From the NCBI GenBank assembly GCA_016930485.1, contig JAFGGP010000050.1:15370-79369 (forward strand): a DNA stretch of 64,000 nucleotides, written 5' to 3'. Positions 1-9,628 of the stretch are shown piece after piece. The DNA comes from Candidatus Omnitrophota bacterium. GTDB taxonomy: Bacteria > Omnitrophota > Gorgyraeia > JAFGGP01. The notes below the pieces were generated by a model that ran no database searches, was not told the DNA's origin, and saw only the letters and a program-made list of their open reading frames with translations. How positions within the stretch are numbered: position 1 is the first letter of the stretch; each line of letters opens with the position of its first letter. Made by a program: the position numbers and the translations under genes.

Positions 1-67
1 TCAAACAGGCATCCTCAAAGGGGTATCCCTATGAGGTTATTATCGAACGTATTGTGAGGGAGGCATT

Positions 68-562
68 ATGGAAACAGTCAAAATAGAAACAGCCGAGCTA
101 TGGTGCGCAAAGTATATGCAGGTTGCCGAGAGTACGGGTGTATTCAAACCCCAGGAATTGGCGGTATTGCGGGAACTGGCCATAGAATATCACAGGATGC
201 CCGATGTCAATTACTTTGTCTTTGAGGAGTACAACGAGGCAGGGCTTGCCGGTTTTGCCATTTTTGGAAGGACACCCCTTACGCTGGACACCTGGGATCT
301 CTACTGGTTGGTGGTCCACAGGGATTGTCAGGGCAAGGGGATCGGAAAGAATCTGATCAGGAGGATCGAGCATTTTATCGCACTGAGCCATGCCAGGGCA
401 CTTTTGCGCGTGGAGACGTCCGGCAGAAAAGAATACGCCCACGCGCGCAATCTCTATGTGAAGATGGGATTTACCCAGGCGTGCAGTATCCCGAATTTTT
501 ATGATGCAGGGGACGACCTGATGATTTATTATAAGGAGTTGTACGGGGGCATGCATGAGTAA
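68..562 (+). CDS. GNAT family N-acetyltransferase
   Basis: 164 aa ORF with an acetyl-CoA binding motif (RDCQGKGIGKNLIRRIE). The antisense ORF 98..556 is a shadow. Confidence 0.8.
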   Translation: METVKIETAELWCAKYMQVAESTGVFKPQELAVLRELAIEYHRMPDVNYFVFEEYNEAGLAGFAIFGRTPLTLDTWDLYWLVVHRDCQGKGIGKNLIRRIEHFIALSHARALLRVETSGRKEYAHARNLYVKMGFTQACSIPNFYDAGDDLMIYYKELYGGMHE

Positions 563-1739
563 GGGAGTAGTTTGCCTATTACTGGTCTTTAGTGTCTTTG
601 TCTCCGGCGCGGCACCGGCACAGACCCTTCTTCCGGATGCCGGGCAGGAATCCGGTATGGAACGGGGTATCTGGGTGACCTGCTTCTCAGAGGAGAAGGT
701 GCTTTATTCCCACGAGGCGGTTATCAGGCTTATCGATTTCTGCAGGGAGGAGGGTATCGGAGAGATATATCTGCAGCTCTATCGGGCCGGTAAGGCGTAT
801 TATCGCTCCGATATCGCTGATTGCACGACATACCGTGAGATGACCGAGGCCGCGGGCGTAGACACACTTTCGTTATTGATGGAGGAGGCGGCAAAGAACA
901 ATATACAGGTTTTTGCATGGGTTAATGTGTTCAGTCTCGCAGAAAACGAGCAGGCCGATATCGTTTCCCGGTTTGGGGAGTCTGTCTATACGAGGGATCA
1001 GCATGGCAGGGTTTCGATGCGTGGCAAGGAAACAGATATAACCGATACATATTATCTGAGGGACACACAGCTTTTTCTCGAGCCGGGAGACCTCCGCGTC
1101 AGAGAGTATATAGCGCAGATCGTCGCGGAAATTACAGAGACACTACCCGGATTGAGCGGCATCCATCTGGATTATGTGCGGTATCCCCACATCGTTCCGT
1201 ACCTGCCCGACGCTCGTTTTAACGATTTTGGCCTGGTCTACGGGTATGGGACACAGAACGTAAAACGGTTTAAGGAAGCGACGGGGATCGATCCCGTCGA
1301 CAAACATGCCGTAAGGGAAAACTATCAGACATGGGAGGACTGGAAGAGAGAGCAGGTCACAGCCTGTGTCGGGGAGGTGCGAAGGGTGATGCAGGAACGG
1401 GGCCCGGAGATGCTCTTATCGTGCGCCGTCATGCCTTCCCCGGAACGGGCCTATGCCGTTGCCTTTCAGGATTGGCCGCTTTGGCTGGACAGACATATCG
1501 TTGATTATGTCGTCATAATGGACTACACAAAGGACCCCCGCCTTTTTTCCATCAATGCCGCCTCCAGCCTGGCGCTGCAGGAGAAGACCCATATATATAT
1601 AGGAATAGGCGCCTTTCTGGCGAAGGACGGGGTTGATGTATTACACCGACAGTATGAGGCTGCTGCGTGGCTTAAACCGGGAGGGGTGGTCTTTTTTTCA
1701 TACGATGATCTGATACGTCTCAAGCGCCTTCCCCGGTGA
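555..1739 (+). CDS. Glycoside hydrolase-like family 10 (GHL10/DUF187, YngK-like) secreted protein
   Basis: 394 aa with an N-terminal signal peptide (LLLVFSVFVSGAAPAQ). RGIWV...IYLQ...GIHLDYVRYP motifs are typical of the family. 8-nt overlap with the upstream GNAT gene. Confidence 0.65.
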   Translation: MSKGVVCLLLVFSVFVSGAAPAQTLLPDAGQESGMERGIWVTCFSEEKVLYSHEAVIRLIDFCREEGIGEIYLQLYRAGKAYYRSDIADCTTYREMTEAAGVDTLSLLMEEAAKNNIQVFAWVNVFSLAENEQADIVSRFGESVYTRDQHGRVSMRGKETDITDTYYLRDTQLFLEPGDLRVREYIAQIVAEITETLPGLSGIHLDYVRYPHIVPYLPDARFNDFGLVYGYGTQNVKRFKEATGIDPVDKHAVRENYQTWEDWKREQVTACVGEVRRVMQERGPEMLLSCAVMPSPERAYAVAFQDWPLWLDRHIVDYVVIMDYTKDPRLFSINAASSLALQEKTHIYIGIGAFLAKDGVDVLHRQYEAAAWLKPGGVVFFSYDDLIRLKRLPR

Positions 1740-1800
1740 CGGACATACGGTTTTTCCCGCAGGGGACATCACAGATGCCCCTCGGGAGACAGAGGCAACA

Positions 1801-2376
1801 ATGAAGATGATATTTCTCGCGTGCATTCCGGTATTTGTCGCGGTTGACGCTTTAGGCGTGCTGCCGATTTTTATCTCGTTAAGCGAGGGCTTTGGAAGAA
1901 AAGAAAAGCTCTTAATTATTTTCCATTCGATGATAACCGCCCTTTGCCTGGCGTTCGGTTTTATACTGCTTGGCAGATGGATTTTTGCACTGCTCGGAAT
2001 TACCGTTGCCGATTTTATGATAGCGGGAGGAAGCATCCTGTTTTGTATTGCCATAACCGATATCATGAGCCCGCGGAAGAAGCGACGGATACCCGCCAAA
2101 GAACTGGGCGTTGTTCCGTTGGGTACCCCTTTAATTGTCGGACCCGCGGTCCTTACCACCTCATTAATGATCATCGCCGAGTACGGCTTTCTCGCCACCG
2201 CGGTCTCACTTTTTCTTAATATCATACTGGCAGGGGCCATTTTTTTATTTTCAGAGGTATTGATACGACGGCTCGGGGTCACAGGGGCAAAGGCGCTGTC
2301 AAAGATAACCAGTCTTCTCCTTGCCTCGATCGCGGTGATGATGATTAGAAAAGGCATCTTTCAATTTATGCAATGA
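1801..2376 (+). CDS. MarC family (UPF0056) integral membrane protein
   Basis: 191 aa multi-TM protein with the VPLGTPLIVGPAVLTT motif characteristic of MarC/UPF0056. Confidence 0.8.
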   Translation: MKMIFLACIPVFVAVDALGVLPIFISLSEGFGRKEKLLIIFHSMITALCLAFGFILLGRWIFALLGITVADFMIAGGSILFCIAITDIMSPRKKRRIPAKELGVVPLGTPLIVGPAVLTTSLMIIAEYGFLATAVSLFLNIILAGAIFLFSEVLIRRLGVTGAKALSKITSLLLASIAVMMIRKGIFQFMQ

Positions 2377-2444
2377 CGGGATGTTGTAATGTCGTGCTGC
2401 CGGTGCTCATCGGCGGAACTTTTATTATGAAAAACAGGGCATGC

Positions 2445-2474
2445 TTGACCCCTTTTAGCATCAAGGCGTATAAT
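2445..2474 (+). promoter_or_regulatory. sigma70-type promoter (TTGACC-18 nt-TATAAT)
   Basis: TTGACC at 2445-2450 and TATAAT at 2469-2474, upstream of the tiny ORF and corA. Confidence 0.6.
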
Positions 2475-2499
2475 GAAAGTGATAAAAAAGGAGGTGGTT

Positions 2500-2577
2500 A
2501 TGTCAAAGTGCAGAGATAAAGGTAAGGACCAAAAGGGCGGGAAGAAGAAGACCAAGAAGGCTAAGAAAGCAAAGTAG
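2500..2577 (+). CDS. Tiny lysine-rich ORF (25 aa, MSKCRDKGKDQKGGKKKTKKAKKAK), possible leader peptide
   Basis: Below the ORF-track cutoff. Strong SD (AAAGGAGGTGG) 5 nt upstream of the ATG, and a near-consensus promoter 26 nt further upstream. 12 of 25 residues are Lys. Lies 118 nt before corA. Confidence 0.45.
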   Translation: MSKCRDKGKDQKGGKKKTKKAKKAK

Positions 2578-2695
2578 GCAGCATTTCCTCACGCGAACGA
2601 ACGGTAACAGAAGGGGTTTCCGGGGTGCACTCACCGACAAAAGGAGGGTGCATTCGATAACGTATTGGGTTTTTGTTTTTGCGAGGAAACTGGCT

Positions 2696-3778
2696 ATGCC
2701 GGGATTTATGAAAAGGGTATCTAAGACAGCAGGGCTTGTTCCGGGGGCACTCGTGTATGTGGGCGAGGAAAAGACAGGCAAGCCGAAGATCACGGTTATT
2801 GATTATGATGAGAAGGGGTTTCAGGAAAAAGAGATTGCCTCGGTAGAAGAATGCTTCCCGTTCAAGGAAACCCCCACGGTTACCTGGGTGAATATCGATG
2901 GCATACACGATACCGAGGTAATCGAAAAAATCGGCCGGCATTTTAACCTGCATCCGCTCACATTAGAGGATATCGTTGACACCGGCCAGCGGCCAAAGTA
3001 CGAGGATCTGGAGCAGTATATTTTTATCGTGTTAAAGATGCTGTATTGCGAAGAAGGTACCTGCGACATAACCGTTGAACAGGTAAGCATGATACTAGCC
3101 GATAATTACGTCATCTCTTTTCAGGAAAAGGAGGGCGATGTCTTTAATGTGGTCCGGGACAGGATACGAAACGCAAAGGGCAGGGTCAGAAAAATGGGCG
3201 CAGACTATCTTGCCTATTCTCTTTTAGATGCGGTGGTTGACGGTTATTTTTTGATCCTTGAGAAGATGGGGGACCGGATAGAGGATATGGAGGAGACACT
3301 GGTGAATAATCCTGACCCGGCCGTCCTCGAGACTATCTACGGGCTTAAGCAGGACACGATTTTTTTGCGTAAATCCGTATGGCCACTCAGGGAGGTGGTC
3401 AACGGGCTTACCCGCGGCGAGTCCGACCTGATCCGGAAGGAGACCCACGCCTTTTTAAGAGACGTATACGACCACACTATTCAGGTAATCGAAACGATCG
3501 AGACATTCCGCGATATGGTCTCGGGGATGCTTGATATCTATCTTTCAAGCATCAGCAATAAAATGAACGAGGTGATGAAGGTTCTTACCATCATCGCCAC
3601 TATATTTATACCACTTACCTTTATTGCCGGCATTTACGGCATGAATTTTAATCCGGAGAACTCACCTTATAATATGCCCGAACTCAACTGGCGATTCGGC
3701 TATCTGGGCGCCTGGGGGGTCATGCTGCTTGTCGCACTGGGCATGCTTATCTACTTTAAACGAAAGAAGTGGTTGTAA
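2696..3778 (+). CDS. corA: Magnesium/cobalt transporter CorA
   Basis: YGMNF (GMN) signature, two C-terminal TM helices and full-length CorA architecture. Start trimmed to the ATG at 2696, preceded by GAGGA. Confidence 0.9.
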   Translation: MPGFMKRVSKTAGLVPGALVYVGEEKTGKPKITVIDYDEKGFQEKEIASVEECFPFKETPTVTWVNIDGIHDTEVIEKIGRHFNLHPLTLEDIVDTGQRPKYEDLEQYIFIVLKMLYCEEGTCDITVEQVSMILADNYVISFQEKEGDVFNVVRDRIRNAKGRVRKMGADYLAYSLLDAVVDGYFLILEKMGDRIEDMEETLVNNPDPAVLETIYGLKQDTIFLRKSVWPLREVVNGLTRGESDLIRKETHAFLRDVYDHTIQVIETIETFRDMVSGMLDIYLSSISNKMNEVMKVLTIIATIFIPLTFIAGIYGMNFNPENSPYNMPELNWRFGYLGAWGVMLLVALGMLIYFKRKKWL

Positions 3779-3799
3779 TCATTCCCGGTATATTCTGTT

Positions 3800-5077
3800 A
3801 TGAACACCACCAAGAAAACGATTGTGTGTGTGGCAATAGGCGTTGGTATCTGCGCTGTTCTTGCCGCTGGTGCCTCTATGATGTTTACCACAAGAGGTTC
3901 CCTTGCTTTGACGAAAGCCATGCTGACACACTATGTAAGGTCCGGCGACATTGATATTGCAAAGGCAAGCGGCACTCTTTCCAAAGAATTGCTATTCAAC
4001 GATATCGTCATTGCCGATCCCCAGGGTTTTCCCCGGGGTACAACCCTGACTATTCAAAAGATAAATATCCGGTTGGACATATTCTATCCGAGTGAAAGCA
4101 CTCTGGCGCTCCAGAACGGCACCCTGAGACTGCCAAACTCAGACCCAGTTCTTTTCTACGGAGGCTATAGAGATAACCGGTTAGATATTACCTTTTATGC
4201 GAAGGAACTTGATATCCGTGAACTATTAGACCTCTTTTCCGAAGCCTCGGATCTGAACGAGGTCTCCGGTGTTCTGAGAGATTGCGATGGCACTGTAAGA
4301 GGCACATTGTCAGCACCGGAGCTGAGTGGGTCTTTTTATATAACGGCGCTTTCCAGAAGGGCGTTTTCCGTGAAGGCCTGTCCGGGGACGTATACCCTAA
4401 GGCTCACGGATTTGGGGAAGGAAATCAGGATGTACGGCACGGTCCTGCTAGAAGGTGGCACTATTGCCGTTAATAAAACCCGTATTGCACTTGGACCAAG
4501 CACCGTTTCTTTTGAAGGCGACCCAACAACACCGACCTTTCATGTACAAGGTAGTTCGATTGTCGAAACTACAACCATCAATATTACCCTTAAAGGCGCC
4601 CTTCAAAACCCTGAGTTACTGTTGAGTTCGAATCCTCCATTGCCGCAGGTACAACTTATGCTGATGCTTGCTACCGGGAAGAGCTGGAAAGGGGCTCAGG
4701 TGGGATTAGAGCAGGGCAGGATTACCAGTGAGGTAGCCAGTGACTTTGTTGATTATTTTATTTTTGGAGGGACCGGAAATGCCCTGGTAAAGCGTTGTGG
4801 ATTGAACGCAGTTTCGCTCAGGCACGACGGCACCACGACCGGTGCAGGGGTTACGAAGTCTGTGTCAGATAGACTGACCGTTGGTTACGACGTGGAGCAG
4901 ACCCGGCAAAAAACCGGCGACGCCTCGACTACTCAAAAGATAGGTGCGTCCTATAAGGTGACCGATGAGGTCTCGGTCGATGCAGAAAAAGAGGTTAAGG
5001 TTGATGATAAGACCGGGCAGACCGAACAGCAAGAAGAAGAAGATAAGGTCTTCCTAAAATATAAAAGACAGTTTTAA
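3800..5077 (+). CDS. Membrane-anchored TamB/AsmA-like (DUF490-like) protein
   Basis: 425 aa with an N-terminal TM helix, a beta-rich repetitive body and a C-terminal region resembling the TamB DUF490 end (SDRLTVGYDVEQ). Terminal residue is Phe. Confidence 0.45.
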   Translation: MNTTKKTIVCVAIGVGICAVLAAGASMMFTTRGSLALTKAMLTHYVRSGDIDIAKASGTLSKELLFNDIVIADPQGFPRGTTLTIQKINIRLDIFYPSESTLALQNGTLRLPNSDPVLFYGGYRDNRLDITFYAKELDIRELLDLFSEASDLNEVSGVLRDCDGTVRGTLSAPELSGSFYITALSRRAFSVKACPGTYTLRLTDLGKEIRMYGTVLLEGGTIAVNKTRIALGPSTVSFEGDPTTPTFHVQGSSIVETTTINITLKGALQNPELLLSSNPPLPQVQLMLMLATGKSWKGAQVGLEQGRITSEVASDFVDYFIFGGTGNALVKRCGLNAVSLRHDGTTTGAGVTKSVSDRLTVGYDVEQTRQKTGDASTTQKIGASYKVTDEVSVDAEKEVKVDDKTGQTEQQEEEDKVFLKYKRQF

Positions 5078-5337
5078 ATAGCCCTCTCTTTTTCTCATGT
5101 ACAGAAAGAGGCGAGAGTGCATGCGAAAAGGATGGCTATATCTCTCTTTGGAGACGATCCACGCCCGCTTACCCGCACGGCACCCCCATAGAAGAACTCC
5201 GTAACTCTATGAATTACAAGGTGATAGATGTAAAAGCCGCGTTTATAAAAAAATAATTTGACAAAAGAGAAAAGAGCAGGTATTTTTGAAATAGATGCGT
5301 ATATGCACATAAAGGAATATACTTGAGGGAGGCCCCG

Positions 5338-5667
5338 GTGACGTTAAAGAGACTGCGGCAGATTTTAAAGGCGCTTGCCGAGGATACCCGGTTGCGGATT
5401 CTCAATCTCTTGTACGCCAGAGAATTAACCGTGGGCGATATGTGCAAGATACTGCGGGTTAGCCAGCCGACACTTTCCAAGCATCTTGCGAGACTGCGGT
5501 TGCTGCGGATAGTAATCGATAGAAGAAAAGGGAATCTGGTGTATTATAGCCTAAACAGGGCCACCCAGTCAGACTACGAAAAAATTCTGGGAAGCTTTCT
5601 TGCGGGTTTCAGGGATATAGAGATACTAAAGAAGGATATAACCAAATTAGAGTCATCCTTACACTAA
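5338..5667 (+). CDS. ArsR/SmtB family transcriptional regulator
   Basis: Winged-HTH signature LKALAEDTRLRILNLL...LTVGDMCKILRVSQPTLSKHL. GTG start at 5338 lies 5 nt after GAGGGAGG. Confidence 0.85.
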   Translation: MTLKRLRQILKALAEDTRLRILNLLYARELTVGDMCKILRVSQPTLSKHLARLRLLRIVIDRRKGNLVYYSLNRATQSDYEKILGSFLAGFRDIEILKKDITKLESSLH

Positions 5668-5696
5668 TTAACTACTAAAAAAATAAGGAGTGCACT

Positions 5697-5930
5697 ATGA
5701 CAAAAGAGACAGAGGCCGTTTGCCCGATTTGTAAGAATATTATCGAGTTAGACGAGGAGTTTGATGCGTGCGATATCGATATCGGTCTGGTTTTTTACTG
5801 CCCTGAGTGCGACACAGAGCTGGAGATCGTAAGGATGGATCCTATGGTAGTTGAGCGGACCGAGGATGCGGGCGACGAAGGGGCTGATTGGGATGATGAA
5901 TATGACGATGAAAACGAGGATCTCTATTAA
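5697..5930 (+). CDS. LysW-like zinc-ribbon protein with acidic C-terminal tail (paralog 1)
   Basis: 77 aa with CPIC...CPEC zinc ribbon. The ELEIVRMDP core resembles the amino-group carrier protein LysW. Tail is EDAGDEGADWDDEYDDENEDLY. Good SD (AAGGAG). Confidence 0.65.
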   Translation: MTKETEAVCPICKNIIELDEEFDACDIDIGLVFYCPECDTELEIVRMDPMVVERTEDAGDEGADWDDEYDDENEDLY

Positions 5931-5970
5931 TAGCAGAGATAACGGAAAGGCGTGTAACCAGGAGTAGGAG

Positions 5971-6180
5971 ATGGGAAGAATGAAAAACTGCAAATGTCCC
6001 GCGTGCCATTCACCGATTGAATGTGACAATTTCGAGGCAGTGGGCGAAATGGTATTCTGTTCTTTTTGTGATACTACACTACAGGTGACCAGCATTAAGC
6101 CGCCGAGGGTCAAGGTGTTAAAAGGGCTGAAAGGCCCGGCGGGCAACAAAGAAGAGGATGAACAAACGGATGTTTTTTAA
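5971..6180 (+). CDS. LysW-like zinc-ribbon protein (paralog 2)
   Basis: 69 aa with CPAC...CSFC ribbon and LQVTSIKPP core. Shorter tail KEEDEQTDVF. SD is AGGAGTAGGAG. Confidence 0.55.
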   Translation: MGRMKNCKCPACHSPIECDNFEAVGEMVFCSFCDTTLQVTSIKPPRVKVLKGLKGPAGNKEEDEQTDVF

Positions 6181-6193
6181 GAAAGGAGAGGGT

Positions 6194-6547
6194 ATGAAGT
6201 ATCTGGTATTGTTGTTGTCGGTTTTTCTTGTTGCCACCTCATGCACCCTGAGTTATGCGCAGGAGGCCAAGGAGGGGGAGGATGTGATTGTAGAGGGTAC
6301 GGTAGAGGCGATCGCCGAGGACGGCAGTTACATCGTAGTCAATAAGACAAAGATTATGACCACACCGGAAATAGTCGACGAGGCCTTTTTTGAACTGGGT
6401 GACACAGTGATAATCACCGCAGAAAAGACCGAAGCGGGTCTCAATCTATTAGACTATGAGTATGTATTTGCCGATGAGGCAGAGGACGAAGCGGATATGT
6501 ACTCCAGCGAAGAACCTCCTTTTGAACCGGTTCCTTCAGAGGAATAG
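6194..6547 (+). CDS. Secreted hypothetical protein with acidic C-terminus
   Basis: Signal peptide MKYLVLLLSVFLVATSCTLSYAQE. SD GAAAGGAGAGGG lies before the ATG at 6194. Start trimmed from the track ORF at 6158. Confidence 0.55.
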   Translation: MKYLVLLLSVFLVATSCTLSYAQEAKEGEDVIVEGTVEAIAEDGSYIVVNKTKIMTTPEIVDEAFFELGDTVIITAEKTEAGLNLLDYEYVFADEAEDEADMYSSEEPPFEPVPSEE

Positions 6548-6554
6548 TGCAGTT

Positions 6555-6609
6555 AAAAAATGCCTCTCTCATTGTCGCTATATGCATCCTATAAGAGAGG
6601 CATTTTTTA
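6555..6609 (+). terminator. Intrinsic terminator after the arsR-lysW-like operon
   Basis: Stem TGCCTCTCT (6561-6569) pairs with AGAGAGGCA (6594-6602), followed by a T6 run. Confidence 0.6.
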
Positions 6610-6755
6610 TTCTGATAGGGGCAATTTTGTCCTTCCCTTTTCGATGTAGCCGGATGGGCACAACAAACCTGCCCGGAAAGAAGAGGGAGGTGACGTACTA
6701 TTCAGTTCCTGTGCAAGGCCTATGCGATTATATGAGACAGTAACAAAGGCGCAAT

Positions 6756-7337
6756 ATGACCACTATCATTTTTTTCGATACGCCGGTTTTTCAGTGGGTA
6801 CTTTTACCGCTACTGATATTTATAGCGCGTGTATGCGATGTCTCACTCGATACTATTCGCATCATGCTTTTGTCAAAGGAAAAAAAACTGCTGGCCCCGG
6901 TTTTGGGTTTTATCCAGGTGACGATATGGCTTTTGGCTATCCGGCAAATCATATTGCATATTTCGAATATCGCCTGTTATCTTGCCTATGCAGGCGGTTT
7001 TGCTGCGGGTACTTTTGTCGGGATGTATATTGAAAATAAATTAGCAATCGGCTTTCAGGTTATACGGGTCATTACCCGGCACGATGCACGTCAGCTGATA
7101 AGCGCCCTCAAGGGCAAAGGGTACGGGGTGACTGCGGTCAGGGGGCAGGGTGCCACGGGCAGGGTGCACCTTATTTTTACGATAGTGAAACGTTCCGAAA
7201 TTCCTTCCATCATTACTATTATCAAGAACTTTAATCCCAAGGCGTTTTATACGATTGAGGATGTGAAATCAATCAGCAAAGAAGGGTTTTTGTCGGCCAG
7301 AGACCTTTATCTTAGAAGAAAACAGCTGCATACATAA
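6756..7337 (+). CDS. UPF0316/DUF2179 family membrane protein
   Basis: 193 aa with three N-terminal TM helices and a C-terminal soluble DUF2179-like domain (GYGVTAVRGQGATG). Confidence 0.7.
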   Translation: MTTIIFFDTPVFQWVLLPLLIFIARVCDVSLDTIRIMLLSKEKKLLAPVLGFIQVTIWLLAIRQIILHISNIACYLAYAGGFAAGTFVGMYIENKLAIGFQVIRVITRHDARQLISALKGKGYGVTAVRGQGATGRVHLIFTIVKRSEIPSIITIIKNFNPKAFYTIEDVKSISKEGFLSARDLYLRRKQLHT

Positions 7338-7350
7338 GGGGACGGGGCAG

Positions 7351-8643
7351 GTGGAAAAGAGAAAAATCCTTTTTGTATCGCTTGATGCACTGATTAATGA
7401 CATCGCATGGCAGGTTACTAAAGAGGGCCATGAGGTTAAATATTATATCAAAAACCATGATGCCAAAGACGTTGCCGATGGACTGGTGCCCAAGACGGAT
7501 GACTGGAAGGCCGAGGTGGACTGGGCTGATCTTGTGATATTTGACGATGTATTAGGGCTGGGCAAGGAGGCTGAGGCGCTGCGCAAGAAGGGCAAGCTGG
7601 TAGTCGGGGGCACGGAGTACACCGATAAATTGGAGGATGACCGGACCTTCGGGCAGAACGAATTAAAAAGGGCGGGCGTTAATATACTTCCATTTCAGGA
7701 GTTTAGCTCTTTTGAAGAAGCGATTGAATTTGTCAGCCTAAATCCCAATCGCTACGTCATAAAACCGAGCGGAGAGGCCCAGAATATTAAACGGTTATTG
7801 TTTGTCGGGGAAGAAGAAGATGGTAAGGACGTTATTCAGGTCCTTGAGGCATATAAGAAGTCGTGGGCGAAGAAGATCAAGGTATTTCAGCTGCAAAAGA
7901 GAGTATCCGGCGTTGAGATTGCCGTTGGGGCGTTCTTCAACGGAAAGCAGTTTGTGTATCCGATTAATATTAACTTCGAACATAAAAAATTGTTCCCCGG
8001 GAACATCGGCCCATCAACCGGTGAAATGGGTACCTCCATGTATTGGAGCGGCGAAAACAAAATATTCAACGCGACATTAAAAAAGATGGAACCCCGTCTG
8101 TTAGAAGAGGGGTACCAAGGATACATAGATATCAATTGTATAGTCAATGCCAGCGGCATTTATCCTCTGGAGTTTACGGCGCGTTTCGGGTACCCCACCA
8201 TCAGCATACAGCAGGAAGGCATTTTGATGCCGATCGGCGAGTTTCTATACGGGCTGGCCGCGGGCGACATTACCGAGTTCAAGGCCAAAAAGGGATTTCA
8301 GGTAGGGGTGCGTATTGTTGTTCCCCCGTATCCGTTTCATGACCCACAGACATTTAATGCATACTCAAAAGACGCTGCGATTCTCTTCAAAAAACCCGGC
8401 CTCGAGGGTGTTCACATTGTCGACGTAAAACAGGTGAATGAGCAGTGGTGTATTGCCGGTGATTCAGGCGTGGTGCTTGTTGTGGTAGGGGCGGGCGGCA
8501 CATTGCGACAGGCGCAGATGCAGGCGTATAACCGGGTGAGTAATGTAATGATCCCGAATATGTATTTCAGGAAAGACATCGGCGACAGGTGGTACGAAGA
8601 CAGCGACCGACTCCATACCTGGGGGTATCTCCGGGAGGTGTGA
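7351..8643 (+). CDS. PurD-like ATP-grasp ligase (divergent paralog of GAR synthetase)
   Basis: 430 aa. GPSTGEMGTSM and EFTARFGYPT align with the GGMGAY and E(Y/F)N(V/A)RFGDPE motifs of the bona fide PurD at 43994..45286, with divergent substrate-binding regions. GTG start. Confidence 0.65.
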   Translation: MEKRKILFVSLDALINDIAWQVTKEGHEVKYYIKNHDAKDVADGLVPKTDDWKAEVDWADLVIFDDVLGLGKEAEALRKKGKLVVGGTEYTDKLEDDRTFGQNELKRAGVNILPFQEFSSFEEAIEFVSLNPNRYVIKPSGEAQNIKRLLFVGEEEDGKDVIQVLEAYKKSWAKKIKVFQLQKRVSGVEIAVGAFFNGKQFVYPININFEHKKLFPGNIGPSTGEMGTSMYWSGENKIFNATLKKMEPRLLEEGYQGYIDINCIVNASGIYPLEFTARFGYPTISIQQEGILMPIGEFLYGLAAGDITEFKAKKGFQVGVRIVVPPYPFHDPQTFNAYSKDAAILFKKPGLEGVHIVDVKQVNEQWCIAGDSGVVLVVVGAGGTLRQAQMQAYNRVSNVMIPNMYFRKDIGDRWYEDSDRLHTWGYLREV

Positions 8644-9605
8644 TGCGGATAAGAATGAGAATATCCCACAGGAGGAAGGTGAGGCCGAAACGCCTTCGTC
8701 ATAACGATACCATCGGCATCGTGGCACCCGCCAGCTCCTTTGACCGGGAAAATTTCAAAAGGGGCGTTTCGGTATTGCGGAGGCTTGGATATAAAGTTGT
8801 CTACGAGCGTGCGATATTCAGCAAATACTGGTCAAAGCCAGGACACAACGAACAGCGCGCCCATCAGATAAACAGGATGTTTGCCGATAACAGGATAAAG
8901 GCGATACTGTGTGCCAAGGCGGGATGCGGCTCCACCGGCATTATCCCCTACCTGGATAAGGATGTCATCAGGGCACATCCGAAGATTTTTGTCGGCTACA
9001 GCGACATCACTATATTGTTGCTGTATCTGCAGGCTGCAGCGAATATGGTTGTATTCCATGGCCCGGTTGTTTCCGGTGAAATGTATGAAGACATGAATCC
9101 GGCCACCATGGATTATCTGTTGCGACTCATTACTCAACCCCATGCCCTGGGCAGGATAACGTTTCCCAGCCTGAGATACATCAAACCGGGCAGGGCGACG
9201 GGGATGTTGGTAGGTGGCAATATATCGTTAATCGTTGAGGCAATAGGGACCCCTTTTGAAATCGACACCGATAACAAAATACTTTTTTTAGAAGAAATAG
9301 GGGAGGATCTGGAAGTCATAACCGGTTATTTTGAAAGGCTTAAAAGATCAGGGGCCTTCAAAAAAATACGAGGCCTGATATTCGGCAGAATGGTCGATTG
9401 CTTTGAAGATTTAGATCCGCAGGAGGGGATTATCTCTCTGATACACAGGGAACTTGCCGATCTTGCCGTTCCGGTGCTTTTTGGCTTTCCGTCAGGACAT
9501 ACCCAGAGCAGAGAAGGACTTCATGTCACTCTCCCATTCGGCACAGAGGTGAGTATCGATTCTGATAACCTTTCATTGCTTATTGAACAGGCGGCTGTTA
9601 AATAA
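8643..9605 (+). CDS. LD-carboxypeptidase, peptidase family S66 (LdcA/MccF-like)
   Basis: IGIVAPASSF, GYSDITILL (nucleophile Ser) and FGFPSGH (catalytic His) motifs. The ATG at 8643 overlaps the upstream stop (GTGATG), implying translational coupling. Confidence 0.8.
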   Translation: MRIRMRISHRRKVRPKRLRHNDTIGIVAPASSFDRENFKRGVSVLRRLGYKVVYERAIFSKYWSKPGHNEQRAHQINRMFADNRIKAILCAKAGCGSTGIIPYLDKDVIRAHPKIFVGYSDITILLLYLQAAANMVVFHGPVVSGEMYEDMNPATMDYLLRLITQPHALGRITFPSLRYIKPGRATGMLVGGNISLIVEAIGTPFEIDTDNKILFLEEIGEDLEVITGYFERLKRSGAFKKIRGLIFGRMVDCFEDLDPQEGIISLIHRELADLAVPVLFGFPSGHTQSREGLHVTLPFGTEVSIDSDNLSLLIEQAAVK

Positions 9606-9628
9606 TTATGTGAAGCGGGGGAGATATC

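Noticed and set aside
98-556. Long antisense ORFs overlapping well-supported genes (for example 98..556 -, 1698..2357 -, 16345..16746 -, 20397..20921 -, 36678..37388 -, 37106..37696 -, 46572..46991 -, 62618..63106 -)
   Set aside because: Each lies entirely opposite a CDS with clear family motifs. They lack SD sequences and have low-complexity or Arg/Ser/Pro-rich composition typical of shadow frames.
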